A stretch of DNA of 64,000 nt, taken from the NCBI GenBank assembly GCA_947624355.1, contig CANQKI010000002.1, forward strand, positions 6,832 to 70,831. The letters are read 5' to 3'. Below the pieces are notes generated by a model. The model ran no database searches. It was not told the DNA's origin and was given only the letters and a program-made list of their open reading frames with translations. The translations under genes and the position numbers were made by a program. Positions 12,698 through 21,400 of the stretch are shown piece by piece; the stretch's first letter is position 1, and the number at the start of each line of letters is the position of its first letter. Source of the DNA: an uncultured Clostridia bacterium. GTDB taxonomy: Bacteria; Bacillota; Clostridia; Christensenellales; Aristaeellaceae.

Positions 12698-13483
12698 ATG
12701 GCGAACGAAGCGTATGAATTGCTGGCGATGCTGATGCGCTATGTGTTCGTGCTCATCGGCTGCCTGATTCTGTTCCGCGCCTACCGCTGGATGCGGAAGG
12801 ACGCCCGGAACTACAAACGGGAAATGAAGCGCCTGCCGGACGCCGGGCTGGTGGGCGAAATGGTGGATATGAACACGGGCAAAAATTACCCCCTGCCCCG
12901 GGAGGGGGTGCTGGGCTCGGCGGCGTCCTCGGATATCCGCATCCGGGCGGCGGGCGTCGGCGGGCGGCACGTCGCCTTTGCCTTTGAAAACGGCAAGGGC
13001 GTCCGCATCACGCCTCAGCTGCGCAGGCGCGTGTTCCTGGACGGCCAGGAGGTGCGCGGCGATGCCTATGCCCTCCACGGCAGCCAGCTGCAGGTGGGGG
13101 ATACGGTGCTGCGCGTCCGGCTGTTTGCGGGGCTCAACGTGCCCCATCCCGTGGAATACCAGCCGCCGGAGGATATGGACGATACGGACTGGCTGCCGGA
13201 TAATGGCGGGGCGGCGGGCTATCCCGTGCCGGGGGAAGTGTACGCCTATCCCGGACAGCCGCCCCTGGAGGCCGCGCCGGAGGAAACCGTGCAGCCGGCG
13301 GGCGGCTATGTGGGGGATTACGATCCGGCCGGGCAGATGACCTGGGATTACGCCTATTCCCTGGATGAAATCAATGAGGCCCGGCAGCAGGAAGGGATTC
13401 CCCAGGACTTTGCGGAGGACGGGGAAGCGGATTATGACTACGAAAGCCCCCTGCCCCGGCACAGAAGGAGGGGAAGGCATTGA
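12698..13483 (+). CDS. FHA domain-containing membrane protein
   Basis: ATG 12698 follows GAAGGAGG. One TM helix, then an FHA-like core (GSAASSDIRI...HVAFAFENGKGVRI...NGQEV), then an acidic/Pro-rich tail. Confidence 0.7.
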   Translation: MANEAYELLAMLMRYVFVLIGCLILFRAYRWMRKDARNYKREMKRLPDAGLVGEMVDMNTGKNYPLPREGVLGSAASSDIRIRAAGVGGRHVAFAFENGKGVRITPQLRRRVFLDGQEVRGDAYALHGSQLQVGDTVLRVRLFAGLNVPHPVEYQPPEDMDDTDWLPDNGGAAGYPVPGEVYAYPGQPPLEAAPEETVQPAGGYVGDYDPAGQMTWDYAYSLDEINEARQQEGIPQDFAEDGEADYDYESPLPRHRRRGRH

Positions 13484-14730
13484 AGAACCGGAAAAAGCGC
13501 CGCCCCGGCTCCGCCGCCGCGCTGATCAGCGCCGTAATGCTGTTTTTCTTCCTGGCGTTCCTGCTGTTGGCAATTAAAGAAATGAGCCTGCAGTGCTTCA
13601 TGATGGCCCTGGTGGTGCCCGGGATTATCTTTGTGGGCTCGGCAGGCATCCCGAAACTTTTTCCGGCGGACAGGCTGCTGCTGTCCCTTACCAATTTTCT
13701 GTGCGCTCTGGGGGTGCTGGTGCTCTATAGGCTCAGCCCCGAGCGGGGCCTTGCCCAGGCCGTCAATTACGGCGTGGGCGTGGTTTGCATGATTCTTTGT
13801 ACCCTGCTGGTCAGGTACCTTTCGGACTGGAAGCTGCCCGCGGCGCTGATGCTGCTGGGCAGCGTGCTGCTGCTGGCCCTGCCCCTGCTCATGCGGGCGG
13901 AGGAAAGGAACGGGGCCCGAAACTGGGTCTATATCGGCAGCTATTCCTTCCAGCCCAGCGAAATCGTGAAGCTGGCGCTGCTCCTCTGCATCGCTTATCT
14001 GCTTTCCAACCGGAAGGTGATTGTGTCCATCGCCTTTGCGGGCGTCTGCCTCCTTTGCCTCATGCTGCAAAAAGACCTGGGCACGGCGCTGCTTTATTAT
14101 GCCGTGACGCTGGTGATGCTCTATGCCGCCACGGGCAGCCACCTGCTCATCGGCGCGGGACTGGCCGGGGGCGCGGGGGCAGCCGTAATGGGATATCAGA
14201 TGTTCGCCCACGTCAAAAAGCGCGTGGCCATCTGGCTGAACCCCTGGGCCGACGTGGAAGGGGACGGCTACCAGCTGGTGCAGGGGCTCATCGCCATGGT
14301 GAACGGCGGCGCCTGGGGCGTGGGCCTGGGCCTTGGCAACGCCTCCGTGATTCCCTATTACTATAACGATTTCATTTTCGCCGTGGTGGTGCACGAATTC
14401 GGGTGGATTTTCGGCCTCATCGTGCTGGCCATGTATGCCTTTATCGTCATCCGCGGGGTCATGATCGCCCGGCGTGCCCGCACGGCTTTCCATGCCCTGC
14501 TGGCCGTTGGCTGCGCGGCCCTCATCGCGTTGCAGACCTTTGTCATCATCGGCGGCAATATCAAACTGATTCCCCTGACGGGGGTCACGCTGCCCTTCAT
14601 CAGCTACGGCGGCACCTCCCTGGTCAGCAGCCTGTGCATTATCGGGCTTTTGCAGGGGGTGGCCAGCCGGAACGAGGCCGACGTGTCCGAGGATCGGGAG
14701 CTGGCCATGCAGGGAGGCGACCTGAAATGA
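13480..14730 (+). CDS. FtsW/RodA/SpoVE family (SEDS) cell-wall polymerase
   Basis: Polytopic protein with PLTGVTLPFISYGGTSL and GLIAMVNGGAWGVGLG motifs. TTG 13480 overlaps the FHA gene stop and follows GAAGGAGG. Confidence 0.85.
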   Translation: MKNRKKRRPGSAAALISAVMLFFFLAFLLLAIKEMSLQCFMMALVVPGIIFVGSAGIPKLFPADRLLLSLTNFLCALGVLVLYRLSPERGLAQAVNYGVGVVCMILCTLLVRYLSDWKLPAALMLLGSVLLLALPLLMRAEERNGARNWVYIGSYSFQPSEIVKLALLLCIAYLLSNRKVIVSIAFAGVCLLCLMLQKDLGTALLYYAVTLVMLYAATGSHLLIGAGLAGGAGAAVMGYQMFAHVKKRVAIWLNPWADVEGDGYQLVQGLIAMVNGGAWGVGLGLGNASVIPYYYNDFIFAVVVHEFGWIFGLIVLAMYAFIVIRGVMIARRARTAFHALLAVGCAALIALQTFVIIGGNIKLIPLTGVTLPFISYGGTSLVSSLCIIGLLQGVASRNEADVSEDRELAMQGGDLK

Positions 14731-16148
14731 AGAAGCTGCGGCGGAATATCCGGGCGCTTACCTTCTTCCTCTGCGGCCTGTTCGTGCTGCTGGCGGCATA
14801 CGGGGCGTACAGCCTGTCCACCAGCGGGGGCCGCTGGTTCGCATCCTCTGCCAACACGTACGCCCGGGCCAGGCGGCAGGGCGTGATTGCCGGGGATATT
14901 CTGGATAAAAACGGCGTCGTCCTGGCCACCACCCGGGACGGGGAGCGCGTCTATGCCGGGGACGAGGCCGTGCGCCGGGCCGTGGCCCACGCGGTGGGCA
15001 TGCCCTCCGGCAACGTCAGCAACGGGGTGGAAACATTCATGGCCTCGTATCTGTACGGCTTCAACATGAGCTTTCTGGAGCGCCTTTCCTGCGCCGTGAA
15101 GGGGGAGCCCCGGCAGGGGGACGCCGTGCAGCTTACCCTGGACAGCGCCATTTCCCGCTATGCCGCTTCCCGGTTCCCCGCGGGTAAGGCCGGGGCCGTG
15201 GTGGTGATGAATTACAAAACGGGGGAGGTGCTGGCCCTCCAGTCCTTCCCCAATTTTGACCCCATGAATATCACCGCGCAGGTGCGGAACGACCCGCAGA
15301 CCCCCTTCCTTAACCGGGCTACTCAGTCCCTGAAAGCCCCAGGCTCCACCTTCAAGATCGTTACCGCCGCCGCCGCCCTGGAAAATTTCCCGGACGCCGA
15401 AACCCGGGCCTATCAGTGCACGGGGCAACTGCAGGTAGGCGACCGGGTGATTACCGACGCGGGCACCGATTTGGCCGCGGGCCAGATCACCCGCCACGGG
15501 CAGCTGACCCTCCGCCGGGCGTTCCAGGTGAGCTGCAACAACACCTTCGCCCAGATTGCCCTGAACCTCACCGACCCCACCCTTCGCCGTACGGCGGAAA
15601 ACATGGGGTTCAACGATAATTTCCTTTTCCGCGACCTGGTGGTGGAAAATTCCTCCTACCCCACCCAGAACCGCACCGACCGGGAAATCGCCTGGACGGG
15701 GGCGGGGCAGAGCGCCCTGACAGCCACGCCCATGCACATGTGCCTGATCGCCTCCGCCGTGGCCAACGACGGCGTGATGATGGAGCCCGCTCTTTTGCAG
15801 CGGGCCACCGCCCAGAATGGCAAGACCCGTTACGTTTTCAGCCCCCGGGTGTACCGCCGGGCCATGAAGGCGGAAACGGCGGCGACGCTGAAGGAATACA
15901 TGCGTTCCGTGGTCACCAGCGGCACGGGTACGCAGGCAGCGGTGGCAGGCGCGAACGTCTGCGGCAAGACGGGTTCCGCCGAAATCGACACTCAGGAAAA
16001 CACCAACGCCTGGTTCGTGGGCTTCCTGGACGAGGCGGACGCCCCCTACGCCCTGGCCATCGTGGTGGAGGACGCGGGGGGCGGCGGCAGCGTGGCCGCG
16101 CCCATCGCCCGGGATATTTTCAACTGGCTGCTGGAAAATGATAGGTAA
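14727..16148 (+). CDS. Class B penicillin-binding protein (transpeptidase)
   Basis: ATG 14727 overlaps the FtsW stop (ATGA). STFK, SCN and KTGS active-site motifs are present. The upstream part of track ORF 14403.. is a shadow frame of the FtsW gene. Confidence 0.88.
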   Translation: MKKLRRNIRALTFFLCGLFVLLAAYGAYSLSTSGGRWFASSANTYARARRQGVIAGDILDKNGVVLATTRDGERVYAGDEAVRRAVAHAVGMPSGNVSNGVETFMASYLYGFNMSFLERLSCAVKGEPRQGDAVQLTLDSAISRYAASRFPAGKAGAVVVMNYKTGEVLALQSFPNFDPMNITAQVRNDPQTPFLNRATQSLKAPGSTFKIVTAAAALENFPDAETRAYQCTGQLQVGDRVITDAGTDLAAGQITRHGQLTLRRAFQVSCNNTFAQIALNLTDPTLRRTAENMGFNDNFLFRDLVVENSSYPTQNRTDREIAWTGAGQSALTATPMHMCLIASAVANDGVMMEPALLQRATAQNGKTRYVFSPRVYRRAMKAETAATLKEYMRSVVTSGTGTQAAVAGANVCGKTGSAEIDTQENTNAWFVGFLDEADAPYALAIVVEDAGGGGSVAAPIARDIFNWLLENDR

Positions 16149-16189
16149 AAATCAGGGTGTCGAAAACTTTTTTCGACACCCTGATTTTT
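16147..16189. terminator. Bidirectional terminator, perfect 20-bp palindrome
   Basis: AAAAATCAGGGTGTCGAAAA (16147-16166), loop CTT, TTTTCGACACCCTGATTTTT (16170-16189). It lies between convergent PBP and P-loop genes. Confidence 0.8.
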
Positions 16190-16775
16190 ATCTTAGTCCG
16201 TTTGCAAAAACCCAGGAATAAAACAGTTCTTTGGGCGGCTTTTGGTATTCGTAATCCAGGCAGGCAGGCGTCGTTTCAATGATTCTGACGGCCTGCTCCA
16301 GCACTTCGCCGATGGACTTTCCGGCAACGTCGATTTCAACTTCGTTGACGAGCGGGCTTCGGCTTCTATTCTTTTCGTTCATTTTCTGCTGCAATTCAAA
16401 ATCGATGAGCCCGCCGTCCGGGCGGTTCCGCATCTGCTGCTGAAGCTGCTGCAAATCGCTGCATACCAATTTAAGGGTGATAAAATCGGTGCCCTTGAAG
16501 ACAATGGGGATATCCGCCGTTCTTAAATCGTCCAGGTCGGAAGCAATGATATTTTTATAGCCCAGCCGATGAAAGCACATCAACATGGCCACCAGCGTTT
16601 CCCAGCAGGTCAGCTCCTCCAGGGCGCCTGTCATGGGCTCGCTGCCGTCCCGCGAAATGAATTCGGGCACCATATGCTGCTCAATGCATGTGGTCTGATA
16701 ATGATTAAGAAGCCCTTTGGCCAGCGTGCTTTTCCCGATGCCGCTTGCCCCGGTGATAAAAATGAAATCCCTCAT
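16188..16775 (-). CDS. P-loop NTPase / small-molecule-kinase-like protein
   Basis: Walker A FITGASGIGKST at the N-terminus, 195 aa. GC is visibly lower than in the neighbours. Confidence 0.6.
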   Translation of the reverse strand: MRDFIFITGASGIGKSTLAKGLLNHYQTTCIEQHMVPEFISRDGSEPMTGALEELTCWETLVAMLMCFHRLGYKNIIASDLDDLRTADIPIVFKGTDFITLKLVCSDLQQLQQQMRNRPDGGLIDFELQQKMNEKNRSRSPLVNEVEIDVAGKSIGEVLEQAVRIIETTPACLDYEYQKPPKELFYSWVFANGLR

Positions 16776-17248
16776 ATGGATTGCCTGTTCTTCATCAGTT
16801 TTTCGATTTCCTCAAGCAATGCCCGTTTCATGGTCACAAGTTCTTCGGCGTTTGGCCGGTTGTCATCCGCATACATTTTTTCCTTTGGATACCACCAGAC
16901 CGGCCCCTTGCCATCGTTCCCATAGCTGCCAAGATCGCCGTTCACCCGCGGAAACAGGTGCCAGTGCAGGTGGGCGTCTCCGTTGCCCAGGCATTCGTAA
17001 TTCATTTTTTCCGCGCCGAACGCTTTTGCGGCGGCCTGCGCCACAAGCGTCATTTCCTCCAGAAACCTTGCCATTACGTCCGCTTCCAGTTCAAACAGTT
17101 CGGTCGCGTGCTCCTTCATCAAAAACAGGGTGTAGCCCCGGAAATGCTGATGGTCGCCAATCACCACATAGCCCGTATCCAGTTCTTTGACAAAATACGG
17201 GTTTTCTCCGGCCCTGATCATCCGGATTCTGTCGCAGATGATGCACAT
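16772..17248 (-). CDS. HIT family (histidine triad) hydrolase
   Basis: HLHWHLFPR histidine triad, 158 aa. Its stop overlaps the downstream P-loop gene start by 4 nt. Confidence 0.8.
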   Translation of the reverse strand: MCIICDRIRMIRAGENPYFVKELDTGYVVIGDHQHFRGYTLFLMKEHATELFELEADVMARFLEEMTLVAQAAAKAFGAEKMNYECLGNGDAHLHWHLFPRVNGDLGSYGNDGKGPVWWYPKEKMYADDNRPNAEELVTMKRALLEEIEKLMKNRQSI

Positions 17249-17276
17249 GCGTTCTTTCTCCTGATGAACAACGCGC

Positions 17277-18515
17277 TTAGCCGCGCAGTTGGGCGATTTT
17301 TTCCAGGGCTTTTTCCAGGGCGATTTTGCCGTGGGCGTAGGTGAGCCCCCCCTGCATATACACGGTGTAAGGGGCGCGCATGGGGGCGTCGGCGGACAGC
17401 TCGATGGACGCGCCGGACACGAAAGTGCCCGCCGCCATAATCACCTGATCCGCATAGCCCGGCATATCCCAGGGCTCGGGCACGGCGGAGGCGTCCACGG
17501 GGGAGGCCGCCTGAATGCCCTGGCAGAAAGCGATCAGCCTTTCGGGCGTGCACATTTCAATGGCCTGGATAATGTCCGAACGGGGGGCGTCAAAGGCCGG
17601 GGTGGTTTTCATCCCCAGCAGCTCAAAGGCACGGGCGGCCAGCACGGCGGTTTTCAGGGCCTGGCAGACGGTGTGGGGGGCCATGAAAAGCCCCTGATAG
17701 AAGGGCTGATAGGAGGCGGCGTAGCTGCCCACCTCCCGGCCCAGCCCGGGCGCGGTAAGCCGGGCGGCCACCCGCTCCACGGCGCGCTCCGTGCCCGCCA
17801 GGTACGCTCCCGTGGGAGCCAGGCCGCCCCCGGCGTTCTTAATCAGGCTGCCCACGCAAATATCGGCCCCGAAATGGGTGGGCTCATCTTCGCAGAGGAA
17901 TTCCCCGTAGCAGTTATCCACCATCACGAAAATATCCGGCCGTTTTTCGTGCACCGCCCGGATGACCTCCGCCATGTCCCGGGGCAGGACGGACGCCCGC
18001 CAGGCATAGCCCCGGCTCCGCTGGATGAGCACCACCTTCGTGTTTTCCCGGATGGCGGCCAGCACGGCGGGCACGTCGATCTTCGTCTGGTTTTCGCACA
18101 TGTCCACCTGGGAGTATTCAACGCCCATTTCCTTCAGGGAGCCCGCCGCGTTCCCGCTGACGCCGATGACCGTTTCCATGGTATCATAGGGCGCGCCCGT
18201 GGCGGAAAGCAGGTGATCCCCGGGCAGCAGCAGCCCAAAAAGGCACAGGGACAGCGCCGCCGTGCCGCAGGCGATGGAAGGCCGCACGATGGCGGCCTCC
18301 GTGCCGAACAGCCGGGCGAATATCCTTTCCAGCGTGTCCCTTCCGATATCGTCATAGCCGTAGCCTGTGGTGGGGGCAAAGTGCCGGGCGGCCACGTCCT
18401 CTTCGTGGAACGCGTCCAGCACCCGTTTGGTGTTGCGAAGCTCCGTTTTCTCCAGCCGGGCGAAAACCGGGGCGCAGTCGCCCTCCGCTTTGGCCAGCAA
18501 TGCCTGAATATCCAT
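17277..18515 (-). CDS. YnbB / methionine gamma-lyase family PLP-dependent protein (aluminium-resistance-protein family)
   Basis: 412 aa. The N-terminal NTKRVLDAFHEEDVAARHFAPTTGYGYDDIGRDTLE pattern is typical of this family. Confidence 0.7.
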   Translation of the reverse strand: MDIQALLAKAEGDCAPVFARLEKTELRNTKRVLDAFHEEDVAARHFAPTTGYGYDDIGRDTLERIFARLFGTEAAIVRPSIACGTAALSLCLFGLLLPGDHLLSATGAPYDTMETVIGVSGNAAGSLKEMGVEYSQVDMCENQTKIDVPAVLAAIRENTKVVLIQRSRGYAWRASVLPRDMAEVIRAVHEKRPDIFVMVDNCYGEFLCEDEPTHFGADICVGSLIKNAGGGLAPTGAYLAGTERAVERVAARLTAPGLGREVGSYAASYQPFYQGLFMAPHTVCQALKTAVLAARAFELLGMKTTPAFDAPRSDIIQAIEMCTPERLIAFCQGIQAASPVDASAVPEPWDMPGYADQVIMAAGTFVSGASIELSADAPMRAPYTVYMQGGLTYAHGKIALEKALEKIAQLRG

Positions 18516-18526
18516 CGTTTCCTCCG

Positions 18527-19435
18527 TTATGCTTCGTATTTCCGGCAGATCATATCCGCCGCCTGGGACAAATCGCTGTCCCAGGGAATCCAGGTAATGC
18601 GCCCGTCCCGCCGGAACCAGGTAAGCTGCCGCTTGGCATAGTGCCGGGTGCGCAATTTAATGAGGGACACGGCCTCGTCAAGGGTGGCTTTCCCTTCGAT
18701 GACGGGCCAGAGCTCCTTGTACCCTAAGCCCTGCATGCTTTGGCAATCGGGGGAAACGCCCGCGTCCCGCAGGGCGCGCACCTCGTCCAATAATCCCGCC
18801 TGCATCATGGCGTCCACCCGCGCTTCCACCCGGGCGTAGAGCCTGTCCCTTGGCCAGTCGATGGCGTACAACTGGAAATCCCAGGGGCTTTCAGGGGGCG
18901 GTTCATTTTCCATCGCGGACAGGGGAATCCCCGTCAGGTCGTATACCTCCAGGGCGCGGATGACCCGCCGCAGATCGTTGGGATGAAGCCGCGCCGCCGT
19001 GATGGGATCGGCCTTTTGCAGCAGGGCGTGCACGGCCTCCGGGCCGTCCTTTTCCGCCAGGGCGTGATATTTTGCCCGCAATGCCTCGTCCCCGGACACG
19101 CGGCCGAAATCCATGGGCCGGGACAGGGCCTTCAGATACAGCCCCGTGCCGCCAACCAATATAGGGGCGGGCAGGCTGTTCAAAAGAGGCCGGGCCAGGT
19201 CCAAATACCGGGTCACGGAAAAGGGTTCGTCCGGGGACAGAATATCCAGCAGGTGATGGGGCACGAGGGCCTGTTCTTCCCGGGTGGGCTTGGCCGTGCC
19301 CACGTCCATGCCCCGGTAGACCTGCATGGAATCCATGCACACGATGTGTCCCCCGAGCCGTTGGGCCACGGGCAGGGACAGGGCCGTTTTCCCGCTGGCG
19401 GTGGGGCCCACAATGCCGATGACGCGCTTTTTCAT
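18527..19435 (-). CDS. miaA: tRNA dimethylallyltransferase
   Basis: P-loop GPTASGKT and the MDVGTAKP motif. Its start overlaps the mutL stop by 1 nt. Confidence 0.92.
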   Translation of the reverse strand: MKKRVIGIVGPTASGKTALSLPVAQRLGGHIVCMDSMQVYRGMDVGTAKPTREEQALVPHHLLDILSPDEPFSVTRYLDLARPLLNSLPAPILVGGTGLYLKALSRPMDFGRVSGDEALRAKYHALAEKDGPEAVHALLQKADPITAARLHPNDLRRVIRALEVYDLTGIPLSAMENEPPPESPWDFQLYAIDWPRDRLYARVEARVDAMMQAGLLDEVRALRDAGVSPDCQSMQGLGYKELWPVIEGKATLDEAVSLIKLRTRHYAKRQLTWFRRDGRITWIPWDSDLSQAADMICRKYEA

Positions 19436-21384
19436 TAGTTCTGAATCCTTCTGAAGCGCTTGTCCAGTTCGGTATGGGTAAGCTGCACCATGAGGGGCCG
19501 GCCGTGGGGGCAGGTGGGGGTGACCCGCTGCTCCAGAATATCCCGGATCAGTTGCAATATGCCGTCCATGGGCACCTTTTCCCCGCCCTTTACCGCGTGC
19601 TTGCAGGCCATCTGGATCACCCGGGACGTGCGGTCGGCCACGGGAGCGGTGCTGCCCGAAACCAGGGTGTCCAGCGCTTCCATCAGGCAGTTTTGCGCCG
19701 CCTGGGGCTGGCCCAGCACGATGGGCACCCCCCGAAGCTGCAGGGTGTCCTCCCCAAAGGGGGTCAGGTCAAAGCCCGCCTGTTCCAGTACCTCCCGGTT
19801 TTCAAGATAAACGGCGTATTCCGCCTTGGAAAGGGATACGGCGATAGGCAGCAGCAGGGCCTGACTGGCGGGGGCGGAGGCCGTTTCCCGCATGAAGCGT
19901 TCGTACAATAGCCGCTCGTGGGCGGCGTGCTGGTCACAGAGGATCAGTTGATCCCCGTATTCCAGCAGGATATAGGTGTTGAACGCCACGCCGATGAGGC
20001 GCAGGGGAACCTGTTCAAACCGGGCGGCCACTTCGGGCTGTTCGGTCTGTTCGGTTTTGACAGGGGGCGGAGGCGGCGTGGGCCTGGGGGGCAGCACGGC
20101 CGTGCCGCTGTCATGCAGTGCGCCGCCCGGACGCCGGATGGGCGCATAGGTGCGCAGCACGGGATTCTCTTCCTTTGGCGGCAGGGGCTTGAAGGGCACG
20201 GGGACGGAGCCGTCCTCCGTAAAGGCGGCCATGCGCTTTTGCAGTTTCTCGGGCATCGCAGGTGTTTCGGCTTTCGGTGCGGGGGCCTCAGGGGGTTTCG
20301 GGGGCTCGGGCTGGGTCACCGTCACTTTTGCGGGGGCCGGGGTATTCTGATCTGTGTTCAGGAACATGGGGGGAATGACCGGGGCTTCGTTGGTTTTTTC
20401 CAGGGCGTCGAAAATAATTGTTTCCACCGCCTGGCGCACGGCCTTTTCGTCCTGGAAGCGCACTTCCCATTTGTTGGGGTGCACGTTCACGTCGGCGGCC
20501 TCAAAGGGCATGGTCAGGTGCAGAATGCACATGGGGAAGCGGCCCACAGTGACCCGCTGGCGGCAGGCGCTTTCCAGGGCGGCGGAGAGGGCCTGGCTTT
20601 TCATGGCCCGGCCGTTCAGGAAAAAGTGCTGATGGGCGCGGTTGCCCCGGGCGGCGTCCCCCACCCCCACAAAGCCGGAAAGGAGCACGCCGTTCATATT
20701 GCCCTCGATTCTGGTGAGCAGCTTTAGCGTCTCCATGCCATATACGCTCATGACCGCGCTTTCCAGCTTCCCGTCCCCGGCGCTGAAATAAACGGGCTTT
20801 CCGTCCGCCACAAAGCGGAAGGAGATTTCGGGGTGGGACAGGATCATCCGGGCCATGACCTCGCTGACGGCGGCGGTTTCAAAGGCAGGCTTTTTGAGGA
20901 ACTTCCTTCGCACGGGGGCGTTGTAGAAAAGCTCCTTTACCGTAAAGGCGGTGCCCTCCGGGCAGGCTGCGTCCCGAAGGTCGGTAATTTCGCCGCCGTT
21001 ATTCTGCAGGGATACGCCGCTGTCCGCGCCCCGCGTGCGGCTGACGCACGTCACCTTACTGACCGCCGCGATGGAGGCCAGCGCCTCCCCCCGGAACCCC
21101 AGGGAACGGACGCCGTACAGGTCCTGGGCGGCGGCAATCTTGCTGGTGGCATGGCGGGCGAAGGCCAGGCGGATTTCCTCGGGCCGGATGCCGCTGCCGT
21201 TGTCCGTCACCCGGAAGGAGGCCATGCCCCCCTCCCGGATGTCCACCGTAATGGCCGTGGCCCCGGCGTCCATGCTGTTTTCCACCAGTTCCTTGATGGC
21301 GGCGGCGGGCCGTTCCACCACTTCGCCCGCGGCGATCTGGCCGATCACTTCGGGGGGCAGCTGCCGAATGTGCCTGATTTCCAT
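19435..21384 (-). CDS. mutL: DNA mismatch repair protein MutL
   Basis: N-terminal GHKL motifs (AAGEVVERPAAAIKELVENSMDAG, DNGSGI), a Pro-rich linker, and a C-terminal dimerisation domain. Confidence 0.95.
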   Translation of the reverse strand: MEIRHIRQLPPEVIGQIAAGEVVERPAAAIKELVENSMDAGATAITVDIREGGMASFRVTDNGSGIRPEEIRLAFARHATSKIAAAQDLYGVRSLGFRGEALASIAAVSKVTCVSRTRGADSGVSLQNNGGEITDLRDAACPEGTAFTVKELFYNAPVRRKFLKKPAFETAAVSEVMARMILSHPEISFRFVADGKPVYFSAGDGKLESAVMSVYGMETLKLLTRIEGNMNGVLLSGFVGVGDAARGNRAHQHFFLNGRAMKSQALSAALESACRQRVTVGRFPMCILHLTMPFEAADVNVHPNKWEVRFQDEKAVRQAVETIIFDALEKTNEAPVIPPMFLNTDQNTPAPAKVTVTQPEPPKPPEAPAPKAETPAMPEKLQKRMAAFTEDGSVPVPFKPLPPKEENPVLRTYAPIRRPGGALHDSGTAVLPPRPTPPPPPVKTEQTEQPEVAARFEQVPLRLIGVAFNTYILLEYGDQLILCDQHAAHERLLYERFMRETASAPASQALLLPIAVSLSKAEYAVYLENREVLEQAGFDLTPFGEDTLQLRGVPIVLGQPQAAQNCLMEALDTLVSGSTAPVADRTSRVIQMACKHAVKGGEKVPMDGILQLIRDILEQRVTPTCPHGRPLMVQLTHTELDKRFRRIQN

Positions 21385-21400
21385 AGGCTTCTCCTTTGTC

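Noticed and set aside
12644-16148. Antisense ORFs 12644-13480, 13438-14493 and 14604-15737, and the 5' extension of 14403-16148
   Set aside because: They are shadows of the FHA, FtsW and PBP genes. The PBP start at 14727 is supported by the ATGA overlap and by the TM-anchored N-terminus MKKLRRNIRALTFFL.
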